63,982 bases of DNA, filler included, from Basidioascus undulatus (GCA_000826855.1; 13 parts of 13 records of this genome joined end to end with filler, not necessarily neighbours in it); one strand, 5' to 3'; counted from the whole stretch's first letter, positions 1-13,469 are shown. Numbers and translations are program-made. The notes: generated from the letters alone by a model not told the origin.

Positions 1-586
1 AGGAGGAGCACGGAAAAGAGAAGGGACAAAGTCGGAAGTGAGGTGGGTGGGTTGTGATGCGAGTTGAGTCGAAGAGATGCGATAGGATACCCATTACCTA
101 CCACTCGGTCGCATGGCATTGCCTGCGACGTGATCATCTTGCGGCTTGGCGCGGCGCGTGCTCTGGTATGTGTGGGATGAGGCAGTGTTTGCGCGCGTGC
201 GCTCGTGACAGTCTCTTATCATGCTATGGTGATGGCTTCAAACCGCGTATCGCGCAAGGCACTCGGGGCGGACCGCGAATTGGGGAATATTGTAGTACAA
301 GCGCGTGCTAACCAAACAGCTGAAGACACGATATGCGAGCTCAAGGAAGGATACTCGGACGTCTGGACCGAGTGGGTGGGGGTATCTAGGTCGAACACGG
401 GCGGGCGGAGGGTTTACGTATCGCAAGTAACGCAGAGACAGGAGATGGGAAGGGTGTCGATGTGCGGGAAGGAGGTCGAAGTTGGCTGGGCGAGAGGGGA
501 TGGAGTGAAAGGGAGTGGATGCGGTGCTTGGGCGCGATAGGTGGGAGAGGGGGGGCAGCCACGACGGAGGACGGAGGAGGCCATCA

Positions 587-1671
587 CTACCCCCTGAGCA
601 GCCCGTCCAGCTGCTTCTGCATCCGCTCCAGATCCGCAGCGTCCTCCTCCTCCCTTTCAGCGGTCGGGGCTTCGAGTTCCTGTGTGCGTCCACATGCCAC
701 ACGGTCAGCTAAATACGATCCCCATCCTGAACTCAAAGACGTGGGAGCAATGAAAGGGACGGAGGACAGAGAGGGGAGAGGAGAGGGGAGGGGGAGAGTG
801 GCAGAGGGCAGAGGGATTACGCACCGGCAACGCCTCCCCGCCCGCCGGCGCCGCGGCGCTGAGCTTCCCGTCCGTGAGCTCGAGGAGGACCTTGTCGACC
901 TCCTCGTCCGCCTCCGCGTCGACGTCGTCCTCCTCCACGTCCTCCATCACGTCTTGCAGCATCTCGTCCATGATGCCCGCCTGTCCTTTCCCAACAGCCA
1001 TCAGTTTCTGTCTTATGTTATGCGGAGTAGATGGCGGTGGGGGAAGACGGGAGGGAGAAGCAGAGGGGACAGGGCAGGAAGACAGACCTTGGTCATCTCC
1101 ATGCTCATCTCACGCATGGTCGCCGAGATTTGGGGGAGGTTGATGAGCCGATTGGAGAGCTTCATGATGTCGCTGCTCTTCTGCAGGCTGCCGGTAACCT
1201 TCAGGGTCGCTGTTCCCCCCACCTCGCGATCAGCCACCCGCCGCCGCCTGCCGCCGCTACCAAGAGGTCCGGGGAGATCAAAGGAGGAAGCGTAGACGCA
1301 CCCAGCTGATGCTGCAGCTGCATATCAATCGAGTTCAACGTCGCGCGGCTCTTGAGCAGCCGGTCCCGCTGCTTGTTGCTCCGCACGATCTCCTTTGCGA
1401 GGATGCGTGCGGATTTCTGGTCCCCGCGCTTGGCGACCTGCTTCAGCGATGTGCGTGTTTTGGACGTCGCTTGGTCGAGCTTCTCCGCCCCAGCCCACAT
1501 CCATCACTTCAGTATCGCAGGCGAGAATGACGGGGGAAGAAGAGGGAGCACACGCACCTGCCGGACCTCCCGCTCGAGCTGGCGCCCCTCTTTGCGTAGC
1601 GTCTGACGCCACTTGCGCACGCGCTCTTCGGGCGTGGGGCCGTACACCCACTTGTTTACGGCGGAGAGCAT
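587..1671 (-). CDS. VPS24: ESCRT-III subunit Vps24/CHMP3 (multi-exon, complete)
   Basis: Exons read MLSAVNKWVYGPTPEERVRKWRQTLRKEGRQLEREVRQ / LDQATSKTRTSLKQVAKRGDQKSARILAKEIVRSNKQRDRLLKSRATLNSIDMQLQHQL / TLKVTGSLQKSSDIMKLSNRLINLPQISATMREMSMEMTK / AGIMDEMLQD..EADEEVDKVLLELTDGKL / ELEAPTAEREEEDAADLERMQKQLDGLLRG*. This is the Snf7-family Vps24 pattern; ATG 1669-1671, TAG 587-589. Confidence 0.93.
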
Positions 1672-1880
1672 GCTGTGCGAGAGGGGGATCGTGGCGGGTT
1701 GGGAAGGTGGTGGGGTTGAGTGTGAGCGTTGAGCGTTGAGCGACCGGCGGCGAGGAGCAGTTCCCACGCTCCGTCATTTCATGTGTCAGTGTCCAAGGCT
1801 CGAATTTGGGATCGTATCTTACAGCAACCATCACCACCTCAACAATCGTCTGCTCCCGCTATATGAGCAATCAACCGAGG

Positions 1881-3257
1881 ATGCCCCCCAAACGACCCGC
1901 CCCCTCAGCGGCATCGCCCTCCCCTGCCGCCACCGCCGCCGCGCAGCTGAAGTTGTCCCTGCCCGAGTGGCTCAAGCTGCTCGCGTCCTCGGGGCTGCCC
2001 ATGCAAGCAGCGATGGAGATAGCAAAGAAGCTGTGCGTCCCCTCCCCCTCCCACCTCACTCCCCTCCATAAACGTGCAATCCTCCTAGCCCGCCCGCACC
2101 CACAGCTACGCCACGCACCCGACCCCCGCCTCCCTCGCCTCCCTCACAAAGGGCACGCTCTCCTCCGCCGGCATAACAAACAAAGACCACGTCAAGGCCC
2201 TCCTCTCCGCATCAAAGATGATGAAAGATGCCTCTACCTCTGCGTCCCCTTCCTTGGCGGCTACCTCCTCCGCGTCTCAGACGCCGCCGAAGAAGCGCGC
2301 CCGGCGAGCGCGGGACGACGAGGCGGAGATGGGGCTCAAGGGCCCGCCTGAGCAGGAGGGCGACGCGTATGGCGAGGCGGAGGAGGGCGCGGTGGAGGAG
2401 GAGCTGCAGGGGAGGTGGGACTTTGGTGAGGGGGAGACGGATGAGGAGGTGCGTTGCGTGGTTCCCTTGCTCTCGTTTCCCACCCATCCCTTCCTTTCGT
2501 CTCGACGGTTGCTCAAGCGAACTGAAGTAGCTCCTCAAAACGAAATCCGTCATAATCAACCGCGCCCCAATAATGACAGCGTGGTCCGTCCCTCTCCCCC
2601 CCTCGCCCTTCCCTCTCTCCCTCCCCCACCCTCACCCCACCCTATCTCTTCATCATCTCACACGCGCACACACGCACGCACACACTCACACACTACCGCA
2701 GGGCCACCGTCGTCCTCGAGCGCCTCGGCTTCGCGCGCTCCGAGGCGCTCAGCATCGCGCACGTGTACACGCACCTGAACGCGACGGCGTCGGGGGTCGC
2801 ACAAGGGGTGTATACGGACGCGGAGGGCCGCGAGAGAAGGCGGAGGGAGATTGTTGGGAGTACGCAGCCTTTCGTTGAGTTGATGGGGAGGAAGTACGTC
2901 TTCCGTCCATATCCCCTCCGCTTCCCTTCGCTTCTTTACTGACTTCCCTCTTCCTCCACAGAATGTAAGGTCCCTCGTCCTTTGACTTTCTTCCTCTCAA
3001 CCACGCTCACCTCCCCCGGCAGTCCCGTCCTCCTCCTCCGCTCAACCCAGACCTACCGTGCCCTCCTCTCCTCGCGCCCAATCCCGCCGTCCCAGCCCTA
3101 CTCCTACCTGCAGCGTTCCCTGCAACAAACCCTCCCGCACGTGCTGCGCGCGCTCCGGCTGCTCGCCGCGAGCTTTGCGCCCGACGAGCTCGCAAGGAAG
3201 GCGTGGGGGTTTTACTGCGAGTTTAGGCCGGAGACGGGCGGGTGGGGGAAACGCGGG
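1881..3257 (+). CDS. Uncharacterised conserved fungal protein, multi-exon, 3' end cut by contig end
   Basis: ATG at 1881 (MPPKRPAPSAA..LSLPEWLKLL). GT..AG-bounded exons include KTKSVIINRAPIMTAW/ATVVLERLGFARSEALSIAHVY and YSYLQRSLQQTLPHVLRALRLLAASFAPDELARKAWGFYCEFRPETGGWGKRG, resembling a recurring fungal domain of unknown function. Confidence 0.7.
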
Positions 3258-3357
3258 NNNNNNNNNNNNNNNNNNNNNNNNNNNNNNNNNNNNNNNNNNN
3301 NTTAATTAATTAANNNNNNNNNNNNNNNNNNNNNNNNNNNNNNNNNNNNNNNNNNNN
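3258..3357. other. Artificial contig linker (N44-TTAATTAATTAA-N44). Identical linkers at 6613-6712, 9966-10065, 13316-13415, 16663-16762, 20009-20108, 23349-23448, 26688-26787, 30023-30122, 33351-33450, 57565-57664, 60891-60990
   Basis: Twelve identical 100-nt N-runs with a central six-frame stop oligo; genes are cut at these points. Confidence 0.99.
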
Positions 3358-4095
3358 TCCTCCTCCGCCTCCTCCTCCGCACCCTCCTCCCCGTCTACAC
3401 CGACTTCTCCACCCGAACAGACCGCCCTGCCCGCGCCGCCCGAACCCGCGCCGGCCGTTGGGCTCGGGCTCCACATGCTGGGGCTCAGCGAGCGCGGGCG
3501 GAGACTACTGGCGCTCGCGGAGCAGGCGCCGCCGTCAGACGAGGACGAGGACGAGTGGGACGACTCAGAGCTGTACGACGAGTTTGACGATTCAGAGCTG
3601 AGCATCTCCGAGTCGTCCTCTGTGCTCTCCTCCCAGCTCCCCACGCCCCTGTCAACACCCTCCACGACGCCCTCCCAGCTGTGCCCGCTCCCCTCCATCC
3701 TCCGCCGCTCCTACTCCTCCCAAACATCCTACTCCGCCTCATCCTCCTCCTCCTCCTCCTCTTCCTCTTCCGGCCGCTCCCTCAAGTCCGTCACCTTCTC
3801 CCCGCCCCCGCTCTCCGCGTTCCCGACGTTCTCGTCAGCGACGTACGACCGCACGCCCGCGCCCGTGGGGCGCCTCGGCCCACGCGAGGTGCGTGAGATG
3901 CGCGAGTGGGGGATCTGGGGCGTCGGAAAGGTCGGCGCGCGCATCACGGGCGCCGCCGCTCCGTCGTCTACCCCCCGCCCGCCGCCTCGCGTGCCCGAGG
4001 TCGACTGGTCCATGAAGGACGAGGGCAAGTGGGAGGGCAAGGGCGGGTTCTGGAGCTGTGCCCCCGCTGGAGGGGGTGGGGGAGGCGGCGCCTGA
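3358..4095 (+). CDS. 3' part of a Ser/acidic low-complexity protein with an RVxF-type PP1-docking-like segment
   Basis: Open frame from the contig start to TGA 4093-4095. Contains KSVTFSPPPLSAFPTFSSATYDRTPAPVGRLGPREVREMRE. Confidence 0.6.
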   Translation, partial: SSSASSSAPSSPSTPTSPPEQTALPAPPEPAPAVGLGLHMLGLSERGRRLLALAEQAPPSDEDEDEWDDSELYDEFDDSELSISESSSVLSSQLPTPLSTPSTTPSQLCPLPSILRRSYSSQTSYSASSSSSSSSSSSGRSLKSVTFSPPPLSAFPTFSSATYDRTPAPVGRLGPREVREMREWGIWGVGKVGARITGAAAPSSTPRPPPRVPEVDWSMKDEGKWEGKGGFWSCAPAGGGGGGGA

Positions 4096-6712
4096 ATGTC
4101 CGTCCACGCTTCCTTTCCCCCCTTTTATTTTTGAGCTTCTAACCCCGCGTCTTCATCTCAAGCAGGTCCCGTCCAGCTCCCCAAGACCGTCTTTCGTCCC
4201 CTCCCCCCAAAACCGCATTGCCCCTCGATCCCGACCGCACGCGCACTATACTTAATCCCCTCCCGCATCTCATCGGATACCCGGAAACTCCCATTCCATC
4301 GTCCCATCGCACACACAGCAGCACACCACACCGCATCTGATTTCTCTGATTTCCCCTCGGACTCTCTTCCCCTTATATCATCTCATCTATCATCGCATTG
4401 TTCGTTTCCTCTCCCTCCCTTCTTCGCTACTTCGTTCGTTGTTTTGTCATCCCCGCTTCCGCTTCCTCTGCTTATCGTTTCCCGTGCGGCGCCCAGCAAC
4501 TCAGCGGCAGTGTGCCGCTGGGGCGCGCTTGAACCTTGGACTGTGTGGACGTTGTTATACAGTTGTCTTTTTGCATGTGCGCGCTGTTGTGTGGGTGTGG
4601 GTTGGCAGAGTGGGGTGGTACGTCGAGGTTGTCGGCACTTAAACTTACCCGACAGACTTACCCGACTAGATGAACTACGACCTTATACACTTTGAGCTGA
4701 CTGGACAGAACGCAGACAGGTGTAGTTCACGACACCCGCATAAACATGAATGTACTGCAGTCACTCTGCAATCGTTCACCATATCACCCACTCTCACCGC
4801 CGCAACAGCAGCCTCGCCTGTGACCGCACTGGTATACAGCGCCCCTTGAGCTTCTTCCATCCTACTGCACATCGCGCGGCCCACCTCAGCGTCAGTGAAC
4901 TTGCTCAGCGCCGCAGGAGAAGCACGCATCCCACTCACCTCGACAGCTGCGCAGAACGCACGACTCCGCATCGCAGCCGTAGCGCAGGGGAAGCAGATCC
5001 TAGAACTCACGCATCGCGCTGCAGTCCTGCCCCTCCCCAGTGACGGCCATTCGTCAAGTCCTGGGCAGGTTGACGCTGAGGATGCTCGGCACCGTCAACA
5101 GGGGAATTTTGGTATCTATAAACGTACAGAAAATAAAGGGTTTGAGGCTTACCACTCAACTTCGCTCGTCCCGGCGATAGGGCAGGCCTGCGCCCCGCTG
5201 GAACACAGCGCCTCGGTGCGAGCGGCCAGAGAACGCTTGGAAAGCGGCGCGACGCACGCGCTGGGGAGTGTGGTTCAGCCTAGAACAAAAGAGATCAGTT
5301 TCCCTGTGGACAAAGCTGGCGATCGAGGTAAAAGGAACGTACCCATCATCGAGCCGTTCACGATGTCAGGCGAGCTGCATGTTCCGCAGCTGCCATTCGG
5401 GTCTGCGGGGGGTGGGCGAAAAGTCTAATATCAGTAACCCCTTCCGACAATGTGTTAAACAGGAACTACACAAAAGGTGTACTGATTCTCCCCCGAGCAG
5501 TTGCTCGCGACCCAATACGCCACCTCCCCGCCCGCGGCCTGGCGCGAGCGCAGCGCGCGTGCCGCAGCCGTGCGGCGGCTGACCATCTCGGCCTGCGCGC
5601 GGCGCTGGCTGAGCGCGGAGCAGTTCCCGCCGTACAGGGCCCAGGCGAGGCACGGCGTGGATGAGCCGACGTAGTTGTTGCAGAAGGACTGGCAGGACGA
5701 GATGGTGGTGGCAGTTGTGGAGGTGGAGAGGTGGTGCGCGGAGATGAAGCAGTCGGAGGGGTATTTGGATACGGTGAGGTCTGAGGGTCAGCTGTGTGGC
5801 CTAGTGATCTGCCGCGGGAATAGGCGCAACACTCACACAAAATCGACTCGCAGGAAGTTTGGCAAGCGGTGTTGTCGGTCGTCGCGTAGGATGCCAGTCT
5901 GTCCCGACATCAGTGTAAGCCCGCTTCGCTCCTCAGGTTCTGTGGCAGATGCAGAGTTAAATACTGCTTACGGGTTAAGATATGGCCAGCCGCTTGGAAC
6001 GCCATAGCCTTGGCCATATTGGTAGTGCTGTGTCGACTACGCAGCGGTAGCGTCGAGGTGGTGTTCGTAACCGCAGCCGTCGCATTGTGATAAAGGCTGT
6101 GGTGATCCGTACGGGAGTCAGGCAAAGTGGACAGACTGTTGTCAATGAGGAATCCATTCAGTGGATGCATAGACAGCGTAAGACCACTGCAGAAGGAGTG
6201 GCCAACCGCTCATGACAGGGCCGAGCATCGTCTGGCACAGCTTGGTACAGCCTCACCGGGATGCTGTACTTGGGGGCGATCTTGAAAGACTTCACTGAAT
6301 GGAGACCACCCCTCCCTGATAGTCAAATTTGCCTTGAAAGCAAACGCCCTGGGAGGCCGCGCGTTACCGAAGAGCGGCGCTGCGGCTGTGGGCTTCGTAG
6401 AGCATGACGACCAGGGCAACTGGCAGACCGTAAACCACAAGGCACACAGTTGTGCTGTAAAATATTTTAAGCCTCGTAATGTAGGGCTCAATCTATCCAT
6501 GATCGCCTGACTTCTGCCAATCGACTTGGACTGTGACTCACACGTTATTGTGATGCGTTAACGAGTAGGCAGGCGTGGAGGTTGTGAAGAAGCCTTGGCA
6601 GTGATGCTGGGTNNNNNNNNNNNNNNNNNNNNNNNNNNNNNNNNNNNNNNNNNNNNTTAATTAATTAANNNNNNNNNNNNNNNNNNNNNNNNNNNNNNNN
6701 NNNNNNNNNNNN

Positions 6713-7701
6713 TGCGCACCACCCGGACCGCCGCCGCCCCCACCCTTCTGACTCTCAGCACGAGCACCATCTCCCTCCCCATGATAACTCCCAACACCGC
6801 GCCGCATATCCTCGCCGCGCGGCAACCGCGCCCGCTCAGCCGCCGCGCAGGGATCAGCGATCTCCGCTCGGCAGCGACCACTGCGTCCTCCTCGGCCTCT
6901 CCGCCGCTGCAGCGGCGCCAGCTGGGCAGCTTCGTGGATGAGGTTCTGAATGGAGATGGCTTTGGCGAGTTCTCGCCGTTCAATGGTGTCTTTGGCGACG
7001 GAGGGAACGGAGGGGTAGGCCAGGGCGGTACGGGGGGCGCAGGGGCTGTCGGGGGTGCAGGGAACAACGGACAAGGCGCAGGTGGACAGGAAGGTGCGGG
7101 AGGTACCGGCGGAGCAGGGGGCGACGGAGGCGGTACGGGACAAGGCAACGGTGGGCCCGGCGATCCTGGCGCGGCAGCCGGCGCGCAGCCGACAGTGCCG
7201 GCGTCCGCGCTGCCCATTGGGTCGAACGATTTCAACGGCGGATTAGCGCCTGCACAAGACCCCACTCTCCCTCCCGCTCCCGGTGCTGCGCCAGCCGCGC
7301 CACCCACGGCGCCCTCACTGCGGCGGCGACAGTCGGACGAGGGCGGCAGCGGGGGGACGTCTTCCTCCTCGGTCTCGTCCACCTCCTCGACCTCATCCGC
7401 CAATGCCGATGCCGATGCCGATACCTCTGCCGACGCGGACGGCGAAGGTGAAAGCGGGGCGAGCGAGAGCGGTCGCCGGCGCCGGCGCCTTGTGCGAGGC
7501 GGACACGTCCGCGCGGTCGACATGAGCAAGTACAAGGTCCGGATGTCGCTCGAGCGCGGGCTGTCGCTCGAGCGGTACAGCGAGGCGGAGCGGGCGTGCA
7601 AGGCCGCGGGCCCGCCCCGCATCGTCAACCTCTGGTTTCCCGACGAGCACCCTAAGAACGAGCCGGTGGAGGGTCTGAGGATACAGACGGAGCGGACTTG
7701 A
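6713..7701 (+). CDS. Gly/Ala/Ser-rich, probably secreted repetitive protein (5' truncated)
   Basis: Uninterrupted ORF of more than 300 aa with GGN/GGT-rich repeats and dibasic RR-Q/RR-A junctions (LSRRAG, LQRRQLG, LRRRQSD). Confidence 0.6.
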
Positions 7702-8404
7702 CGTGGAGGTGAGCTTCTCCCATTACATCGGATGCGCTTGAAGCTCAGGCAATGCTGACGTTAGAACGGAGTAAATGGACAGAACAATCGAATGTCTTGA
7801 ACGAGATTGCGAATGAGGGGCGGAGTGGCATTGTGTTTGACGAAGCCAAAATGCATTGGTTCTGGATGCGTCAGCGTTATGAAAGCGGAAATGCATTTGG
7901 TTCTGGAATGCATCAGCATTAGCTACTGGCTGCCGGAAAGCGAAGCAGAATGTGAGAAGCCATGAAGCGCACGTAAGCAGCTCTGCCAATACGTATGTGA
8001 GCAGCTCCGTCGGTGGAAAGTCCGCTGCCTGATATTTTCTTCAATGAAAGTCACCTCTGGCTCAGTATTGCCCCCCTCGTGATAGCAAAGACGAAACGAA
8101 AGCAAGGATCGAAGAGCGAAGCCGCGAAATCATGAAGATGACAGTGATCGAAAGTCCTGCAGCCCCGAGAAGTATTGAGTGCGTGAGTGAATCGGGGAAG
8201 TGATTGCGGTCAGATGCCAAGGGCCAGGCAGAGCTGCTGGTCGTCAGCGAAACGAGCGCCCGCACCAGCAGGCTCGATCGAACTCCCCCCGTTTCCCTAA
8301 GTAATATCAGCCCCTTGCCCCAAACCTCAAACGTACCCCCCTCTCTCTCCCACACAATCTATCGTACACCCGCCCCCCTTCCCTCCCACCAGCGCGACCC
8401 AGCC

Positions 8405-9965
8405 TCACCACAGCATGCTCGCCGCGACCTCCAGATTCCCGCCCGCGGCCTCAAGCGCCGTCTCCGCCTCCTTCCTGCTCACGCCCATCTCCATGATCTT
8501 CTGGATGTCCTCCTCTTTAAACCTCCCCGCGCCCGCGCCCGCCGCCGCCGCCGCACCTCCACCCGGCGCGCCGAGCGTCTGCCCCGCGCCGGGGAAGGGC
8601 GCGGGCGTGCCGGTGGGATTGGGTGGGATCGGTGCCGTCGAGGGTCCAGCGGCGGCAGAAGCGGAGGCGGAGGCAGAAGAGGAGGAAGAAGGATCGTCGA
8701 GTTCCGCGGACTGCTCCTCCCACCGCGCGGACGCTGGGAGCTGGTGCTCGGCCAAGAAGGAAATCTTGCGGCCCTGGATGATGAGCGCGTTCTGGGCGAG
8801 GTCGATGCACGCTTGGTGCCGCTTGAGCATGTCGAGGCCGAAGAGGAGGTCGACGCCCTTGCCCTCCCTAGGGGGGTGAGTGAGATGAGTTCTTGTTGGA
8901 GAGAGAGGGGGAGGGCTGCGTTGGGGGAAGCGGCAAGGACGAACATGATCGTGAACGCGCATTGCAGGTAGAGGTCCCCGAGCTTGATCTGCGCTGAGTG
9001 CACGCGGCCGAGGATCTTGGCCGTGCCGACACCTGTTCATCCATAGCAAACCCGATCAGCACTTGTCCACATCTAGGATGGTTACATAAAGCACGTACCG
9101 CGAGCGATGCCAGCGAACCGGGTGTCGAGCAGGCGCATGATCCCGCACGCCTCGGCGCAGTCGGGACTCACTGCATGCACCCAGGTCAGTCAGACCGCAG
9201 AGTGACTGCGTACCACGAGGAACAGCGCACTGATCGTAGACTGCGCCCCCGAGTCGACAAACGCCTTGACCGGGTGCTTGTTCACTGCCGCCCTCCCCGC
9301 ACTCCGCATCAGGATCGGTCCTTCAGCCCACAAGTGAAAACAGCGCACCCTCCGTGTCGATGTACAGCATCGTCACCCGCCCAAACGTCTCTGGGCTGTG
9401 CTCCATAGCGTGCTCAAAGCTCTCCAGCACGGCCTCCTGCCTGATCGCCTCCTCGATCTTGCGCTGCGCTTCGATGTTGAAGGGGCTGCCGTCCCAACCC
9501 GTCTCGACTCAGTAACCTCCTCGGTGCGGGGGTGCGGGGCGGAGATAAAGAAGAGAGGGTGAGAATGCGATAGGGAAGGAGAAGGACACGCAGTCGTCAT
9601 TTAACGCCTGGATCTCGCGCTGCCGGTTGAGTTCCGCGTCCCGCTGGCGCGTCGCGACGGTGCGCATGAGCTCGTAGAACCGTTCGGGGTTGTTCTGCGC
9701 CGCGTCCGCGAGGTCTGGTTGGGTCTACACCAGCGTCCACGCACACCCGTCAGCCTACCCTCACACTCCTGACGGCTTTCCCTCTAACCGCCCGGACGCA
9801 CCTGCCTAAGCTGCTCCATCAGCCTCTGGTCCCCCAACAGCTGCAAGCGCATCATCTCCCCATCATGCATCGCCTCCCTACCTCCCCGCACCCCCCAAGT
9901 CAGCACTCCCACTCTGTCCACTCAAGAGCGGTAGTTAAAGGGCTGAGCTCACTCCCTGTCACAAC
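8405..9965 (-). CDS. DDI1: DNA damage-inducible protein 1 (retroviral-type aspartyl protease + UBA), 5' truncated
   Basis: Spliced exons give [95 protein letters not shown], with C-terminal [41 protein letters not shown]. Confidence 0.95.
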
Positions 9966-12900
9966 NNNNNNNNNNNNNNNNNNNNNNNNNNNNNNNNNNN
10001 NNNNNNNNNTTAATTAATTAANNNNNNNNNNNNNNNNNNNNNNNNNNNNNNNNNNNNNNNNNNNNTCAGGTCTCCCATGGTGCGCTTCACCACCTACGCC
10101 TCGCCCGCCTCCCCCCGCTCCCGCCAAGGCTCTTGTGCCGCTCCCTCCAGCTCCGGCGGGGATCTCCTCCCGGCTCAGAAGAGTCCCCTTCCGCCACCCG
10201 CGCCGAGTTCGAGCGATGCACACTCCCGTTCACGCGCAGCGTCTCGAGGTTGCGTCTTGGCTTGCGGCGGGAAAACGACATAGACCACGGGGCGCTGTCG
10301 GCAGCGTCGTCTGTGTCGGCAGGCCATGTCGCCCGCGGTCCGGGTGGGGGTGGGAGAACGAGGGTAATGGGATGGGCGTGACGGGTGGAAGATGGAGAAG
10401 GCGCCGGAGAGGGCGGAGCACTCTTAGGAGAAACGGCGCTTCAGGGTGAGGATTTCGAGCTCGAAGGGCGGGAGGATGTGGCGCGTGATGGCGGGTTTGG
10501 GCTGGGAGGGTGAGGATTCGAGGACTTGTGTCTCGTTCATTGTTGCAATGGGTTCTGTGGGCGCGACGAAGCCACTGGAGAGAGCAGCGCTGTGAACGTC
10601 GCTGCTTAGCGGTGCAAGGGGCATGGGCGAGAAGAGTGCCCAGCAAGTGCGTATCTTTAAGGTGCAAACACCATGATAAACCTTCGTGTAACCAGCCGGA
10701 AGATTTGTGGGACTCTAGATACCGCATGTCTACTCTTCCGTTCCGAGTGAGAAGACACGCCGGCTGCGGCTCAAGTCGTTCATTCCGTCTACACGACCGC
10801 GGCCACGCCTTTCGTGAGTCTCACGCAGTCATACTGGAAAGACTTGGACCTCTTTGGGCGCTCGAGAGATTTTATAGGCTTTAATTTGCGTACTGTTAGG
10901 CGACAGCGCAGAAGAGAGCATAGACTGCAGGGTTTCGGGACTCAGTGCTGGGCAGCTGTCAGCAGTTAGAACGGGGGAGGGTGATCGACCAGAGCCAGTG
11001 CCCAGACCATTTCTTATAGAAAATACAGTTTATACAATGTTCTGCAAGTGAGTAGGTTTTCCAATCAGATGTGTTCCATCCTTATGAGTCGCTGCAAATC
11101 ACGCATGGGGAGAACCGAGCAACCTGAGAAAACGACCAACCAGTCTTCTTGAGCTCCATCCAACCACCTTCCTCGACAGTCTGTGAGATGTAACAGTTTT
11201 AATAAGATGAATCTAAGGCCGGCCATTCGCACCTGATGCGCCAGCTGCTGTTGCTTTGTGAGCGCCACTTTCACGCTACCGGACGACCATAAACTCATCC
11301 GCACCGTAAATGCGCCAGCTGTACTCGCTTCCCTCCATTTTTTTTTCTTAATATTAATTGCAAGAGCAAATGCATTATTATTAATTTTTTGTAACGTCCA
11401 AGTAGTTGGGGCATGGGCTGTAACAAACTATAGGAAAAGACCGACCCTCATTGTGTTGTCAATTGCGTCTGCGTCTGTGCGGACAGCCCCGTCTGCACAT
11501 CGCCTTTCATTTCTCAATTCTCTTTTGCTGGCGGCCACGCGGCGGCTCCACGTGCCCCGGTGGCTTCGGCCGGGATGGACCGGGCGGGATTAGCTTGGCC
11601 TCGAGCCGATCGCATCACCGCCCCGGCCCCCGGGCCATCGGCTCCATTCCCTGGCTCGCGCTGGCCATTGGAATGATCGTGCTCGCTGTTGCGGTGCACT
11701 CTATTGCTATTTATAGGCTCCAGGTGTCCATGCACGAGTCTGACTTCTTCACCTTTAGTGAGGATAGACTTTGGGGTGTATTTGAAAGTACTTTTAGTGA
11801 TCCTCTTCCAGATTCTGGCTCTCTGGATCACTGCAGCTGTACATCGGCTGCTGCTGCGCTGCAGTATGGCTGCTCCGGCACTTGTGTTTTGCACCACTAG
11901 CTTGATGAGATGGCCTCAAGACTTGTATATAGCATTGAATTTATGTTCTGATGACCTTGAATGTGGATCACCTTGCCTTCTGCCTAGCACATGGTTCAGT
12001 TGACAAAAACCAGCTTTTGAGCACCTTGACTTTGGTACACCTGCAAGGGGAGACTGTTGTTCTTGATGAGGCTTGTCTGATTGAATCCTACAAGTTGGAT
12101 ATAGGTTAATGGCTAATATTTAAGGTGGAAGTGGATAAAGGAAATGGTGACAGTGTAAGAGCCTGCTGTTGCGTAACCTCTTCACCCTAGCATTCCCAGT
12201 TAACAGTTCATGGCTGCGGATAACAGTCTGACTAAACTACACTCAGAACTCTGATGTTTAGTGTATCCGTACAGCTTGCTGCCTACTCTGTCCGATTTCA
12301 ACGGAGACGGCAATTGGACTGGAACAAAGCCTCATGAGACATTCTGAAAGCAATTCTGACGAGCAGGACCTCTATGTACTTGGAGGGTTACCGAAACGAT
12401 GCATTTAAACATATCTCAAAAGACAGGCAGCATGCACAGCCTGTACATCACTGCACTGCAGGTGCACTGGCTGATGCGAGTTGTTCAGTTTCATGGCCAC
12501 CGACGCATGCACGTTTTCCAGAAGTCCCAGATTGTGCTCTTTGACATGGGAAAGGAATTATAACAGTTAAATAATGAACATATCTTTGTCGCAGCCTCAT
12601 TCCTTCCGTGCAGGACACAAGTATGTGGTGATCCGCTGGTTACTGCCGAGGATGACCGCAGCTGAGAATGGTCTCCTGTGGTAGATCAGCTCCAGTGTGG
12701 TGTAGTCTCAATGTTGAAAGGATTCAAGCTCTCCTCAGTTCTCCATGACTATGATGCTGACAAAAGGCAACATTAAACCATAAGGCCTGCCTGACCGTCA
12801 CGTAAACAGTGCGCAGCGTCGGCCGCCCATCAATCTTGCCAGAGGAGACCTCATTCTGCAAGTCAGTAAGATCGGCTGGGAACTTGAGGATTTTTCACAA

Positions 12901-13469
12901 TGATCCAATCAGGACCAAGCTTGGGGGTATTCTAATCCTCCCCGAGCTGCTAGCATTGCCGCAGGTCCTGGGATCCTGAGCTCAGCCCCAGCCTCATTCC
13001 TCTCAATGCCTGCTGAACAGGGAGCCTGAACCTTCAAGATTCTATGTCCAAGCAAGCATTTCATATTTTATCAGGTTGAATACAAATAGGAGCATAATCA
13101 GAAAGCGGAGGAGGGAGGGGGCAAGGCCGGGGAGGCATTGCAGGAGGGCAGGAGCCAATCGGCGGAAGATCGGAAAAGCGCAAGCTATGTAGAGTGACTA
13201 GGTGTACGAGGAATATGGCGATAGGGGAAGTGAGAGTAACATTTCAGAAGAGAGGGAAGGAGGGAAGGAGGGAAGGGGGGAAGGGGGGATGTGAGTGAAG
13301 TGGGTGGGCCTCACGNNNNNNNNNNNNNNNNNNNNNNNNNNNNNNNNNNNNNNNNNNNNTTAATTAATTAANNNNNNNNNNNNNNNNNNNNNNNNNNNNN
13401 NNNNNNNNNNNNNNNGATGAGGGACAGGGGAAGAAGGGAGGGGGGTTCTTATACTGTGGAGAGACAAAG

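Noticed and set aside
3302..3313. TTAATTAATTAA as a recurring biological motif
   Set aside because: It is a synthetic six-frame stop linker centred in each N-run.
4700..6612. Possible gene or pseudogene fragments
   Set aside because: Frames are interrupted by stops and no motif was recognised.
7849..7920. Imperfect ~30-bp direct repeat (AAATGCATTGGTTCTGGATGC..)
   Set aside because: Only two copies in a 3' intergenic region, with no evidence of function.
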